This document shows positions 28,073-37,399 of a stretch of DNA of 64,000 nt, piece by piece. The DNA is taken from contig CAXBYW010000002.1 in the NCBI GenBank assembly GCA_963980225.1, positions 39,502 through 103,501 of the forward strand, written 5' to 3'. The position numbers and the translations under genes are program-made. The stretch's first letter is position 1. Every line of letters starts with the position of its first letter. The DNA is from an uncultured bacterium. Lineage in GTDB: Bacteria > Patescibacteriota > Microgenomatia > UBA1400 > MFAQ01. The notes under the pieces are model-generated. The model was given only the letters and a program-made list of their open reading frames with translations. It was not told the DNA's origin and searched no databases.

Positions 28073-29566
28073 GTGTTAGATGTGAGCTATTACCTGAAGT
28101 ACCGACCACAGAAGATTGAAGAACTGGATTTAACGGATGTAAGGGATAATTTACTTAGTGCTTTAAAAGGAGGGAGTCTACCACATGCATATCTTTTCGT
28201 TGGACCAAGAGGATCCGGGAAGACTAGTGCAGCTAGAATCTTAGCGATGGCGGTCAACTGCGAAGAGAAAAAGGGAAAGGGAGAACCTTGCGGAAAGTGC
28301 AGAAGTTGTAAGGGAATCAAATCGGGAAATGAAGTAGATGTTTTAGAGATGGACGCGGCGTCACATCGAGGAATTGACGACATCAGAAGTTTGAAAGAGA
28401 GAATCAAATTATCACCGGTTAGTTTGACAAAGAAGATCTACATCATAGATGAGGTACACATGTTGACCAAGGAAGCCTTTAACGCCTTATTGAAGGTCTT
28501 GGAAGAGCCACCAGTACATGTGATGTTCTTTCTTTGTACTACCGAGCTACACAAGGTACCAGAGACGATTATAAGCAGGTGTGCCAAAGTAGCTTTTACG
28601 AAAGCAACTGAAAAGGAAGTGTTGGGTTCTTTGATGAAGGTGGTTAAGGGAGAAAAACTCAAGATGGACAAGGAAGCAGTGGAGATGTTGGCCGGGTCGG
28701 TTGATGGAAGCTTCAGGGAAGGACATAAACTTTTACAGCAACTGGGAAATTCCGGTAAGAAGATTACCAAAGAGACGGTAGAGAAGATACTGGGGTTAGC
28801 GGGAGGAGATGATGTTAGTGATCTAATTTTGACAAGTCTTGAAGGTAAGTCTGGTGATATAGGCAAGAAGCTAGAGAATCTAGAAAAAAAGGGAGTTAAT
28901 GCCGGTAGTTTACTGGAAGATTTGTTAAAAACCTTACAGGGAATGATCAGGCAGGCAGTAGAAAAGAAAGGTGACGTTGGCAAGATGGTGGTACTAGCAG
29001 GTCTTTTGGTTGAGTCGGCCGAGAAGCTTAAGGTGTCACCGTTACCATTTTTACCGATTGAGTTATCTCTTTTGGAAGTGGCTTTGGGGACAACAGGAGG
29101 AGGAAACCAAGAAGGTAAGTTAAAGGCTGAAGAAGTCGTTGAGGAAAAAGTGGAGATGAGAGTGCAGCAAAGGGTTGAGGTAAAACAAGCCCCGCCAGTA
29201 GAGAAGATTAAGGTAAAGAGAGGTAACAACAGCTTGTCTATCGTTAAAATTGAGGAAGAGTGGGGTAAGTTGTTGGACAAACTGTCTTCTAAGAACAGGT
29301 CGATAGCTGGGCTACTTAGAGCGTCAAAACCAAAGGTGGCTGATGGCAACAGTTTGACGGTGGAAGTGTTTTACGAGTTTCACAAAAGTCAGTTAGAACA
29401 AGATTCCAAGAGAGTATTGGTGGAGCAAGCTGCAGAGGAGCTTTGGGGTCCAACGGTTTTAAGATGTGTGTTGGGCGAGAAACAAGCAAAAAAGGTAGTG
29501 AAGGTAGATAGAGTGGTGAAGGTTGATGAGTATATAGAGGCAGCAGAAGATGTTTTTGGAAATTAG
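28073..29566 (+). CDS. dnaX: DNA polymerase III subunit gamma/tau
   Basis: HAYLFVGPRGSGKTS Walker A. Cys4 zinc module (CEEKKGKGEPCGKCRSC). AAA+ clamp-loader sensor motifs. Confidence 0.9.
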   Translation: MLDVSYYLKYRPQKIEELDLTDVRDNLLSALKGGSLPHAYLFVGPRGSGKTSAARILAMAVNCEEKKGKGEPCGKCRSCKGIKSGNEVDVLEMDAASHRGIDDIRSLKERIKLSPVSLTKKIYIIDEVHMLTKEAFNALLKVLEEPPVHVMFFLCTTELHKVPETIISRCAKVAFTKATEKEVLGSLMKVVKGEKLKMDKEAVEMLAGSVDGSFREGHKLLQQLGNSGKKITKETVEKILGLAGGDDVSDLILTSLEGKSGDIGKKLENLEKKGVNAGSLLEDLLKTLQGMIRQAVEKKGDVGKMVVLAGLLVESAEKLKVSPLPFLPIELSLLEVALGTTGGGNQEGKLKAEEVVEEKVEMRVQQRVEVKQAPPVEKIKVKRGNNSLSIVKIEEEWGKLLDKLSSKNRSIAGLLRASKPKVADGNSLTVEVFYEFHKSQLEQDSKRVLVEQAAEELWGPTVLRCVLGEKQAKKVVKVDRVVKVDEYIEAAEDVFGN

Positions 29567-29584
29567 TTGTGGTATATTTTTAAT

Positions 29585-29854
29585 ATGGGTATAGGAAACT
29601 TTGGATCAAAAGGAGCAGCAGCAGCAAAACTAGCAATATTGCAGCGACGCATCTCTAAGAAAAAGATGGAAGTACAAGATGATGGGATTAAGGTGGTGGT
29701 AACAGGAGCTGGAAAGCTAAAGGCAATGGAGATAGATGGTGAGGATGCAAAAAGAGTACTGAAGGTAGTAAATGAGGCAATTGATAAAGCACAAAAATGG
29801 TCGGCGGGTGAGATGCAAGGTATGATGGGTGAGTTAGGAAAGATTTTTAAGTAA
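29585..29854 (+). CDS. ybaB: nucleoid-associated protein YbaB/EbfC (start at MGIGNF; ORF begins 29567)
   Basis: VVVTGAGKLKAMEIDGE core. dnaX-ybaB-recR order. Confidence 0.8.
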   Translation: MGIGNFGSKGAAAAKLAILQRRISKKKMEVQDDGIKVVVTGAGKLKAMEIDGEDAKRVLKVVNEAIDKAQKWSAGEMQGMMGELGKIFK

Positions 29855-29882
29855 GGATTTTTGGTGTACACTGGATCGTGTT

Positions 29883-30488
29883 ATGAAAAGTATTAGACCA
29901 ATACAAAAGGTGATTGATGCGTTTGAGAGTTTACCTGGCATTGGACCAAAGTCTGCAGCTAGATTGGCTTACTATTTACTACATGTTCCACAAGAGAGAC
30001 TGGAAAAGTTTGGTGAAGGCTTGAGTCGTTTAAAAAAAGACACAAAAAGGTGTGAGATTTGCTTTAATATTGGCGAGGATAGCTTATGTCCGGTGTGTAA
30101 AGACAATGGGAGGGACAAGAAAATAGTCTGTGTGGTAGAAACACCACTGGACTTACTGGCTTTTGAGAGAGCTGATGGCTTTAATGGGGTTTATCATGTT
30201 TTGGGAGGGGCTATCAATCCATTAGGAGGAGTAGGACCAGAAGAGTTGACGATAGATGAGCTTTTGGGAAGAATAAAAAAGGGAGGGGTAGAGGAGCTTA
30301 TTTTGGCCACCAACCCAACTATGGAGGGTGAGGCTACTGCAATGTATATCACTCATAAGATAAAAGAAGGTAAAGCAAAGGACTTGAAGATAACTAGAAT
30401 AGGTAGGGGGCTGCCAACTGGAGCAGATGTGGAGTATGCCGACGGGCAGACCTTAAGTAGGGCTTTAGAAGGAAGGAGAGAGGTATGA
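29883..30488 (+). CDS. recR: recombination protein RecR
   Basis: SLPGIGPKSAARLAYYLL HhH. C4 zinc finger (CEICFNIGEDSLCPVC). Toprim domain. Confidence 0.9.
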   Translation: MKSIRPIQKVIDAFESLPGIGPKSAARLAYYLLHVPQERLEKFGEGLSRLKKDTKRCEICFNIGEDSLCPVCKDNGRDKKIVCVVETPLDLLAFERADGFNGVYHVLGGAINPLGGVGPEELTIDELLGRIKKGGVEELILATNPTMEGEATAMYITHKIKEGKAKDLKITRIGRGLPTGADVEYADGQTLSRALEGRREV

Positions 30489-30928
30489 ATTCTGCTGGAA
30501 TAGGAAAGAAAGTTCTGGGAGAGTTGGGAGATGTGGTAAAGAAGACAGCGGAAGATACTGTTAAAGCAGGAACTGATATTGTAAAAGGCACGGTTGAGAC
30601 AGTGGTTGGTGGAACTACACCCGTAACACAATCTGGTGAGAGACTAGTGGAGCAGGAAGGATCGAGCCAGAGTGACCCCGCGGAGACGCTAAAACGACAA
30701 GGAATGGTTAAAAAACAAAGAGGTCTACAAAGAGTGCGGGCAGAGTTAGCAGGATATGTAAGAGAGAAGCAACAAAAGGATACTCAAAAGGATAGGGTAG
30801 AAGAGAGACAAGGAGAGATCAAAAAAGAGCAAGAAAAAGAGATAAAGGAGAGTGAGAGAGACGCAATGATTAGGCAGGCCCAGAGGAGCGGTGGAGGTAC
30901 GGGTGAGATGTCTAGAAAGAAATACTAG
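30485..30928 (+). CDS. hypothetical low-complexity K/E/Q-rich protein
   Basis: ORF only, start overlaps recR stop. Confidence 0.3.
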   Translation: MNSAGIGKKVLGELGDVVKKTAEDTVKAGTDIVKGTVETVVGGTTPVTQSGERLVEQEGSSQSDPAETLKRQGMVKKQRGLQRVRAELAGYVREKQQKDTQKDRVEERQGEIKKEQEKEIKESERDAMIRQAQRSGGGTGEMSRKKY

Positions 30929-30958
30929 AATTATGGGACTTGAGTGGTAAGATAAGAC

Positions 30959-31393
30959 ATGCCAGAAATTCCAACATTAACTCCTAAAAACATAGAAGAT
31001 GAGGTTGCCTCTCAGGTAATAAGTGCTTGGAGAGATCAGTTGAAAGAGGAGTTGGGAAGAGATGAGTTTCGCAAGTTAATAAGACAGATATCGGCAAGTG
31101 GGGTGGTTTTTCAGGTTCAAGATGATGGTGTGGTGAATTTTTATGTTTTGGATGAGGTTGATGAAGAGACGTTGTTGGGCATGCGAGGTAAAGGTTGGTT
31201 GGTATATAAAGGGATAGACAATACTGGCAATATCTCGATGTCCGGAGACATATACGCCACTAGTCCAGATGACGTAGATGTACAAAAAAAGAAAGGGTAT
31301 AGTAAGAAATATAGACATGGTAAACACAGACAAGATGTAAGTGCGCGAAACAAACGAACTGTGCAAGCCATGAACAATAGAGGTAAAAAGTAG
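30959..31393 (+). CDS. hypothetical protein with basic C-terminal tail
   Basis: ORF only. Confidence 0.3.
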   Translation: MPEIPTLTPKNIEDEVASQVISAWRDQLKEELGRDEFRKLIRQISASGVVFQVQDDGVVNFYVLDEVDEETLLGMRGKGWLVYKGIDNTGNISMSGDIYATSPDDVDVQKKKGYSKKYRHGKHRQDVSARNKRTVQAMNNRGKK

Positions 31394-31411
31394 ATATAAT
31401 GATGTTTAGGT

Positions 31412-32824
31412 ATGAAGTTGTATAACAGTTTAACGCGCAAGATAGAGAAATTTAAACCAATTAAAAAAGGTGAGATTGGAATATATACCTGTGGACCAAC
31501 AGTGTATGATTTTGTGCAGATTGGTAACTGGAGAACGTATGTTTTAGGAGACTTGCTGGTAAGGACATTTAAGTACTTAGGACTTAAAACAACGTATGTA
31601 ATGAATATTACCGATGTGGGTCATTTGACGGGAGACAATGAAGGGGATTCTAGTACCGGAGAAGATAGACTAGAAAAAGGAGCTAAAAGAGAAGGTATAA
31701 CAGCTTGGGATGTGGCTGATAAGTACAGTAAGGACTTTAAGCAGGGTATGCATAGATTAAAGCTTTTGAAGCCAGATGTACTAGCTAAAGCTACAGATCA
31801 TATAAGAGAGCAAGTAAGTTTGGTAGAGAAATTAGAAAAAAAAGGTCTGACCTACAAAACTAGTGATGGGATATATTTTAGTACTAAGGCATTTGAAGAA
31901 AAAGGATTTAAGTATGGAGAGCTATCGACACTGGATGAGATAAAGGAAGGAGCTAGGGTGGCGGTAAATAAAGAAAAAAAGGATAAGCGAGACTTTGCTT
32001 TATGGAAGTTTTCACCTAAAGACAAGAAGCGAGATATGGAGTGGGAGAGCCCTTGGGGTAAGGGTTTCCCTGGCTGGCATGTTGAGTGTTCGGCTATGAG
32101 CATTAAGTACTTAGGTGAACAGTTTGATCTGCATATTGGAGGAGAGGACTTAAGAAGTACCCATCACCCAAACGAGATTGCTCAGAGTGAGGGGTCAACT
32201 GGTAAGAAGCCATTTGTAAAGTACTGGGTGCATGGTTCGTTTCTTCTGGTTGATGGAGGTAGGATGGGTAAAAGTTTGGGGAATGCATATTCCTTACAAG
32301 ATTTAGAAGAAAAAGGGTTCTTACCGTCTGACTTAAAGTATCTTTATTTAACGGGACATTACAGAAAGCAGTTAAACTTTACTTTTGAAGCCTTGGAGGC
32401 AGCACAGACAGCTTTAGGGAGACTTAAAAAGAAGGTTGATGAGATAAGAGGTGGGGATATAGAAGTAACGGATGTTTACGCCGAGTGGGAGGATAAGTTC
32501 AAAGAAAGACTGGAAGACGATCTAGATATGCCTGGAGCCTTGGCTTTGGTCTGGGAGATGATGAAGGATAAAAAATTATCAAACGGAGAGAAAGAAGGGT
32601 TGGTGACCGAATTTGACAAGGTACTGGGGTTAGATATTTTAGGTGTTGATGATGTTGAAAAAAAGGTAATTGATGATAGTGAAGTTAAAGCATTAGTGAA
32701 GGAGAGGGTTAGATTAAGAGAAGAAAAGAAGTGGGAAGAAGCAGACAAGATACGAGAAGAAATTGAGGAAATGGGATATGTGGTGGAAGACAAGGGTGGA
32801 GAAACTCAAGTAATGAAGAAGTAA
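31412..32824 (+). CDS. cysS: cysteinyl-tRNA synthetase
   Basis: IYTCGPTVYDFVQIGN (HIGH region equivalent), KMGKSLGN (KMSKS), zinc-binding Cys. Confidence 0.9.
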   Translation: MKLYNSLTRKIEKFKPIKKGEIGIYTCGPTVYDFVQIGNWRTYVLGDLLVRTFKYLGLKTTYVMNITDVGHLTGDNEGDSSTGEDRLEKGAKREGITAWDVADKYSKDFKQGMHRLKLLKPDVLAKATDHIREQVSLVEKLEKKGLTYKTSDGIYFSTKAFEEKGFKYGELSTLDEIKEGARVAVNKEKKDKRDFALWKFSPKDKKRDMEWESPWGKGFPGWHVECSAMSIKYLGEQFDLHIGGEDLRSTHHPNEIAQSEGSTGKKPFVKYWVHGSFLLVDGGRMGKSLGNAYSLQDLEEKGFLPSDLKYLYLTGHYRKQLNFTFEALEAAQTALGRLKKKVDEIRGGDIEVTDVYAEWEDKFKERLEDDLDMPGALALVWEMMKDKKLSNGEKEGLVTEFDKVLGLDILGVDDVEKKVIDDSEVKALVKERVRLREEKKWEEADKIREEIEEMGYVVEDKGGETQVMKK

Positions 32825-32826
32825 GG

Positions 32827-33456
32827 TCAGCCTATCTTTGGAGGTAGAGGTTTTTGAGTGAGGAAGTTTTCGATAAACTGGGGGGTGATTTCGGCTGGAG
32901 TGTTTGAAAAAGACGTTGGGAAACATTCTATCCAGAGTTCAAGGTGTTGTTGGAGTTTTTCTTGTAGGTTTTTTTGGGCACCAGATAGGTTTTGAACCTG
33001 GGATCTTTCTTTTTTGTACTTAACGGTGAGTTGAGTAGGAAGGTGAGTTAGACGGATGGCTGTTGCAAGTTTGTTTATATTTTGTCCACCTGGGCCTTGT
33101 TTACTAGCAAACCTTTTTGTTTCAACATTTTTTTGCATCTCTTTTGTGATGTCTATCTGTCCTCGTATTACGTTTTCTTGTAGCCATTGAGCGTAATTTA
33201 GGATACTGAGCTGTCTTTGATGAGGATGTTTGAAGCTTTCGTTGGAAAAGTTAAGTTGTAGTTGTTTGTATAGGATGAGTTTAGCCTTGTAGTGTCTGAG
33301 CTTTTGTTGATGTTGGTCTGTTTTCTTATGGCTGGTAAGAGTAGATCTGCCTGGTTTCTTGTTACCGCCAGTTTTATTTCTTCCCGCTTCTTGGTCCAGT
33401 TTGTCCTCATAATCGTCGGCAATCTTGGCTAGAGATGGGGGAAGCTCGTCTTTCAT
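32827..33456 (-). CDS. truncated class-I release-factor paralog (GGQ domain only)
   Basis: GPGGQNINKLATAIRLTHLPTQLTV...ERSQVQN is near-identical in pattern to the RF1 GGQ domain at 39756-40649. Lacks the codon-recognition (PxT/SPF) domain and the C-terminal RTYNFPQ segment. N-terminal 100 aa are low-complexity. Confidence 0.5.
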   Translation of the reverse strand: MKDELPPSLAKIADDYEDKLDQEAGRNKTGGNKKPGRSTLTSHKKTDQHQQKLRHYKAKLILYKQLQLNFSNESFKHPHQRQLSILNYAQWLQENVIRGQIDITKEMQKNVETKRFASKQGPGGQNINKLATAIRLTHLPTQLTVKYKKERSQVQNLSGAQKNLQEKLQQHLELWIECFPTSFSNTPAEITPQFIENFLTQKPLPPKIG

Positions 33457-33513
33457 AAGTTTAAGTATATATTATGCCGTTTTTAGTAAAAGGGTTTATG
33501 GTAAAGTGGATTC

Positions 33514-34170
33514 ATGAGTAAAGGGGGATGGATTGTAGTTGGTTTTATAGCTTTGAATCTGATTATCTTGAATGTATGGGTATTTGGAAACTTAGGCAAG
33601 ACGGATGCTGTTTTGGGAGATAGTGTAGAGAAGGTAATAGAAAAAGAGATTGTAGAAGTTAAGGGTGAAGATGATGGATGTGATCAGGAGTGCGTAATGG
33701 CAATAGTAGAAGAAAAAATAGATGAGTTAGTGAGTAAGTACGGTTTAGTGATAAAAAAAGAGACAAAGACGGTGTCTAAGACGGTAAGTACGATTAAACC
33801 AACAAGTGAGAAGTTTGTGAGAATAAGCGGGGGTGATGGTCAGGGAGCTGGTTGGATACGATTAGGAAGTAGTGTGTTTTGGTTGGATGCAGGCTTGTAT
33901 GGAGAGCTGGTGGAGGCTAGTTGGCAGGGTTGGTTGGAAACTTCTGGTGGGAGCTTGGATGGTTGGGTAAGGCTTTATGATGCAAGTAATGGTCGGGTGG
34001 TGGATGGAAGTGAGGTTCGAATAACAACTGATTTGTCTAAAACGAGTTTTTATTCAAGTAATATTGCCATCTGGCGAGGTCAGAACCAGTACTATATAGA
34101 AGTAAAGGATTTTGGAGGAGGAGATAGATTAACTGTGTCTGAACCTAGATTAAGGTTGGTGGTTAGGTAG
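33514..34170 (+). CDS. hypothetical membrane-anchored/secreted protein
   Basis: N-terminal TM. Beta-rich C-terminal region. No motif. Confidence 0.35.
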   Translation: MSKGGWIVVGFIALNLIILNVWVFGNLGKTDAVLGDSVEKVIEKEIVEVKGEDDGCDQECVMAIVEEKIDELVSKYGLVIKKETKTVSKTVSTIKPTSEKFVRISGGDGQGAGWIRLGSSVFWLDAGLYGELVEASWQGWLETSGGSLDGWVRLYDASNGRVVDGSEVRITTDLSKTSFYSSNIAIWRGQNQYYIEVKDFGGGDRLTVSEPRLRLVVR

Positions 34171-35134
34171 TCGGTTGATTCTTTTTGTACCAGTTGTAGG
34201 TTTTTTTGAGGCCTTGCTCTAGGGAAACTTTAGGTTCCCATTTAAGAAGTTTTTTGGCTAAAGAGACATCTGGTCGTCTCTTTTCAGGGTCTTCTGGGGG
34301 GCGAGAGATATAGACCTTTTCCAGTTTTACTTTTAAGGCCTTTTCAAAGTTTTTAGCAAGTTGATTGACGGTGATTTCGTGAGTATTACCTATGTTTACT
34401 GGACCTTCGATGTCGGAATCGATCATTTTAAGCCAAGCAGAAACCTGATCATCTATATAACAAAAAGAGCGTGTTTGTTTACCATCACCGTGGATGGTGA
34501 GTGGTTTTTTGTTTAGTATTTGATTGATGAAGTTAGTAATGACTCGACCATCGTCTAACTGCATGAAAGGACCATAAGTATTAAAGATTCTGATGATGCC
34601 GGTGTTTAGTTTAAATTTGTCTCGGTACGCTTTAATGAGGCTTTCTGCGTAACGCTTGCCCTCGTCGTACATAGAACGAGGTCCGTATGAGTTAACGTTA
34701 CCGAAATATGTTTCCTTTTGAGGAGATTTTTCAGGATTTCCGTAGATTTCAGAGGTAGAAGCTTGGACAAAACGACAGTTATGTTTTTTGGCAAGTTTAA
34801 GTAGATTTTCGGTTCCTAAACTATTGGTTCTTAGGGTGAAGATGGGGATTTTTTGGTATCTAGGTGGGGAAGCGGGGGAGGCTAGATTAGCGATGGCGTC
34901 GATTTTTGTATTGATTTTTGGAAGAGGCTTGGTAATGTCGTGTTCTATGAGAGTGAGATTGGGGTGTTTTTTCAGGTGATCTAAGTTCTTTTTATCACTA
35001 GTAACAAAGTTGTCTAGGATTATAACTTGATGACCTTTCTTTAGGAGTGTGGTAGTTAAGTTGGTACCAATAAAACCACCACCACCGGCGATGAGAATGG
35101 TCCTTTTTTTGCTAAGAAGTTTCTTTGATGGCAT
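34163..35134 (-). CDS. NAD-dependent epimerase/dehydratase, UDP-glucuronate decarboxylase (UDP-xylose synthase)-like
   Basis: GGGGFIGTNL Rossmann motif, YDEGKRYAE (YxxxK). Overall SDR-extended pattern closest to the UXS/ArnA-decarboxylase type. Confidence 0.75.
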   Translation of the reverse strand: MPSKKLLSKKRTILIAGGGGFIGTNLTTTLLKKGHQVIILDNFVTSDKKNLDHLKKHPNLTLIEHDITKPLPKINTKIDAIANLASPASPPRYQKIPIFTLRTNSLGTENLLKLAKKHNCRFVQASTSEIYGNPEKSPQKETYFGNVNSYGPRSMYDEGKRYAESLIKAYRDKFKLNTGIIRIFNTYGPFMQLDDGRVITNFINQILNKKPLTIHGDGKQTRSFCYIDDQVSAWLKMIDSDIEGPVNIGNTHEITVNQLAKNFEKALKVKLEKVYISRPPEDPEKRRPDVSLAKKLLKWEPKVSLEQGLKKTYNWYKKNQPTT

Positions 35135-35209
35135 TTAGACTAAATGTTAACACACCCTGTCCTTTTAAAAGTTATGTTTTCAGTGTAGAAGTGAGGTAAA
35201 ATAGCCAGG

Positions 35210-36250
35210 ATGAGTTTAAAAGTAGGAATAGTAGGATTAGCTAATGTGGGTAAATCAACCTTGTTTAACGCGCTTTTAAAGAAGCAGCAGGCTTTGGCGG
35301 CTAACTATCCCTTTGCTACCATCGAACCTAATGTGGGTATTGTGGGCGTGCCAGATGACCGATTAGAGAAACTGGCTAAGGTGGTAAAGACAGAGAATGT
35401 AATTCCGGCAACGGTGGAGTTTGTAGATATTGCGGGTTTGGTTAAAGGTGCTTCTAAAGGTGAAGGGTTGGGGAATAAGTTTCTGGCACATATTAGAGAA
35501 GTGGATTTAATGTGCTTAGTCTTGAGAGGTTTTTCTGACAAAGATGTGGTGGAGACCGGCAGTGGTGATCCAAAAGAAGACTTGGAAACACTGAAGATGG
35601 AACTTGTCTTGGCTGATCTTACTAGTTTAGAAAGACAGAATGAGCCTAAGATGAGCGCTAGTAAGGAAGAGAAGATTAGATGGGGTGGGGTAGAGAAGTT
35701 AAAAACTGGCTTGGGAGATGGGAAGATGGCAAGAGATGTTGAATTAACCGATGAAGAAAAGGTCTTGACTAAGGATCTGTCTCTTTTGACGATGAAACCT
35801 GCGATCGAGGTTTTGAACGTAGATGAGTCTCAAGTTAAAGAAGGAGAAGGCACGACAGTGAAGATTTGTGCGAAGATGGAGGCTGATCTTTCGGGATTTA
35901 GTGATAAGGAGAAGAAGGAGTACTTGGAACAGTTGGGAATAAAGGAGACAGGACTTGATAAATTGATCAGGTTGGCTTACGAAAAACTAGGGCTTTTGTC
36001 ATTTTTGACGGCTGGCGAGAAGGAAGTAAGGGCTTGGACTACTAAAAATGGGAGTACTGCACCGGTAGCAGCAGGAGTGATACATACGGATTTTGAGAAG
36101 AATTTTATCAAAGCTAAAGTAACCAGTTTTTCTGATTTTTTAAAGTTTAAAGGCTGGAAAGGTGTAAGTGAGGCTGGTAAGTTGAGACTAGAAGGAAAAG
36201 AATATGTGATGGAGGAAGGGGATGTGGTTGAGTTTATGGTGGGTAAGTAG
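35210..36250 (+). CDS. ychF: ribosome-binding ATPase YchF
   Basis: VGIVGLANVGKSTLFNAL G1 motif. C-terminal TGS domain. Confidence 0.9.
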   Translation: MSLKVGIVGLANVGKSTLFNALLKKQQALAANYPFATIEPNVGIVGVPDDRLEKLAKVVKTENVIPATVEFVDIAGLVKGASKGEGLGNKFLAHIREVDLMCLVLRGFSDKDVVETGSGDPKEDLETLKMELVLADLTSLERQNEPKMSASKEEKIRWGGVEKLKTGLGDGKMARDVELTDEEKVLTKDLSLLTMKPAIEVLNVDESQVKEGEGTTVKICAKMEADLSGFSDKEKKEYLEQLGIKETGLDKLIRLAYEKLGLLSFLTAGEKEVRAWTTKNGSTAPVAAGVIHTDFEKNFIKAKVTSFSDFLKFKGWKGVSEAGKLRLEGKEYVMEEGDVVEFMVGK

Positions 36251-36266
36251 TAAAATCTCTTAAGTT

Positions 36267-36590
36267 ATGGCAAGTAAGAAAGTAATCAAAAAGGTAGCAG
36301 ACAAAAAAGTAGCGGCTGGTGATGTCAGAAAGTACGAGATGTTGGCGATTTATCCTTTGAGTGTAAATGAGATAGCTGCAGAAAAAAGCTTGGCTGATAT
36401 GGCCAAAAAGAATGGCTTTTCTATTAGTGAAGTAGACAAATGGGGAGTTAAGAACTTGGCCTACGCCATTAAAAAAGAAACTAAGGGATATTACCTAAGG
36501 TTTATGATTGAGAATGGTGAGACTAATGGCTTAGAAAAGGACTTGAGTTTTGATGATAAAATACTAAGGTACATAATAGTTAGAATTTAG
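36267..36590 (+). CDS. rpsF: 30S ribosomal protein S6
   Basis: Size, RKYEMLAIYPL N-terminal pattern. rpsF-ssb-rpsR synteny. Confidence 0.7.
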   Translation: MASKKVIKKVADKKVAAGDVRKYEMLAIYPLSVNEIAAEKSLADMAKKNGFSISEVDKWGVKNLAYAIKKETKGYYLRFMIENGETNGLEKDLSFDDKILRYIIVRI

Positions 36591-36606
36591 TAGAAAAAGG
36601 AGTAGT

Positions 36607-37131
36607 ATGAGCACAAAAAGTTTAAATAAAGTAATGTTAATTGGAAACTTAACCCGAGACCCGGAGTTAAGATACACACCTTCTGGTGCTGCAGTTTGTA
36701 CTTTCAGTTTGGCAACAAATAGAAATTGGAATGATGCTAGTGGCCAGAAACAAGAAGACACTCAGTTTCATAGGGCAGTAGCTTGGGGTAAGTTAGGAGA
36801 GATTTGTGCAGAGCTTTTACATAAAGGGAGAAAAGTATATATCCAGGGCAGGCTTCAGACCAGAAATTGGGAGACCAAAGAAGGTCAAGAAAGACAGACT
36901 ACTGAAGTTGTGGTAGACGAAATGATTGCTTTAGGAGCACCTAAGGGTGGATTTGCCGGGAACGAAGGTGAGTACGATCAAGAAGTAAAAACTGAAAAAC
37001 CTGCTCAAAATGAAGCGCAAGAAGTTTTTAATCCAGATGGTGATGTGGTTAAGACAAAATCAAAACCAACTGTTAATAAGCCAAGTAAAGATACAACAGT
37101 TGATGATATTAATGATGACATACCTTTTTAA
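36607..37131 (+). CDS. ssb: single-stranded DNA-binding protein
   Basis: LNKVMLIGNLTRDPELRYTPSG OB-fold start. Acidic C-terminal tail ending DDIPF. Confidence 0.9.
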   Translation: MSTKSLNKVMLIGNLTRDPELRYTPSGAAVCTFSLATNRNWNDASGQKQEDTQFHRAVAWGKLGEICAELLHKGRKVYIQGRLQTRNWETKEGQERQTTEVVVDEMIALGAPKGGFAGNEGEYDQEVKTEKPAQNEAQEVFNPDGDVVKTKSKPTVNKPSKDTTVDDINDDIPF

Positions 37132-37146
37132 TAAATAAGTAAAAAC

Positions 37147-37386
37147 ATGGGAAAGCCAGTAAAGAAAAAGAAAATCAGAAAGTCTCATAAGCCCTGCGAG
37201 TTTTGCAAAGGTAAGGTTGAGCCTAACTACAAAGACCTTGATAGTTTGAAGGTGGGGTTGTCTAACAAGTTAAGGATTGTTGCTAGAATATATACTGGAG
37301 TATGCTTGAAACATCAAAGAAGGTTGACCAGAGAAATAAAGAAAGCCAGACACATGGCTTTGATTCCTTTCGTCCAGAAAGTATAA
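37147..37386 (+). CDS. rpsR: 30S ribosomal protein S18
   Basis: YKDLDSLK...ITG...KHQRRLTREIKKARHMALIP S18 signature. Confidence 0.9.
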   Translation: MGKPVKKKKIRKSHKPCEFCKGKVEPNYKDLDSLKVGLSNKLRIVARIYTGVCLKHQRRLTREIKKARHMALIPFVQKV

Positions 37387-37399
37387 GTTTGAAAAAAAG

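Noticed and set aside
28438-29349. 303-aa minus-strand ORF antisense to dnaX
   Set aside because: S/T/P-rich low-complexity product fully embedded in the well-supported dnaX frame. Typical antisense shadow ORF.
32714-33422. Small minus-strand ORFs 32714-32926 and 33198-33422 as the missing N-terminal part of a frameshifted prfB
   Set aside because: They lie inside or downstream of the GGQ ORF, not upstream. Their translations have no PCRF/SPF motifs. No coding potential exists upstream of 33456 before the next plus-strand gene.
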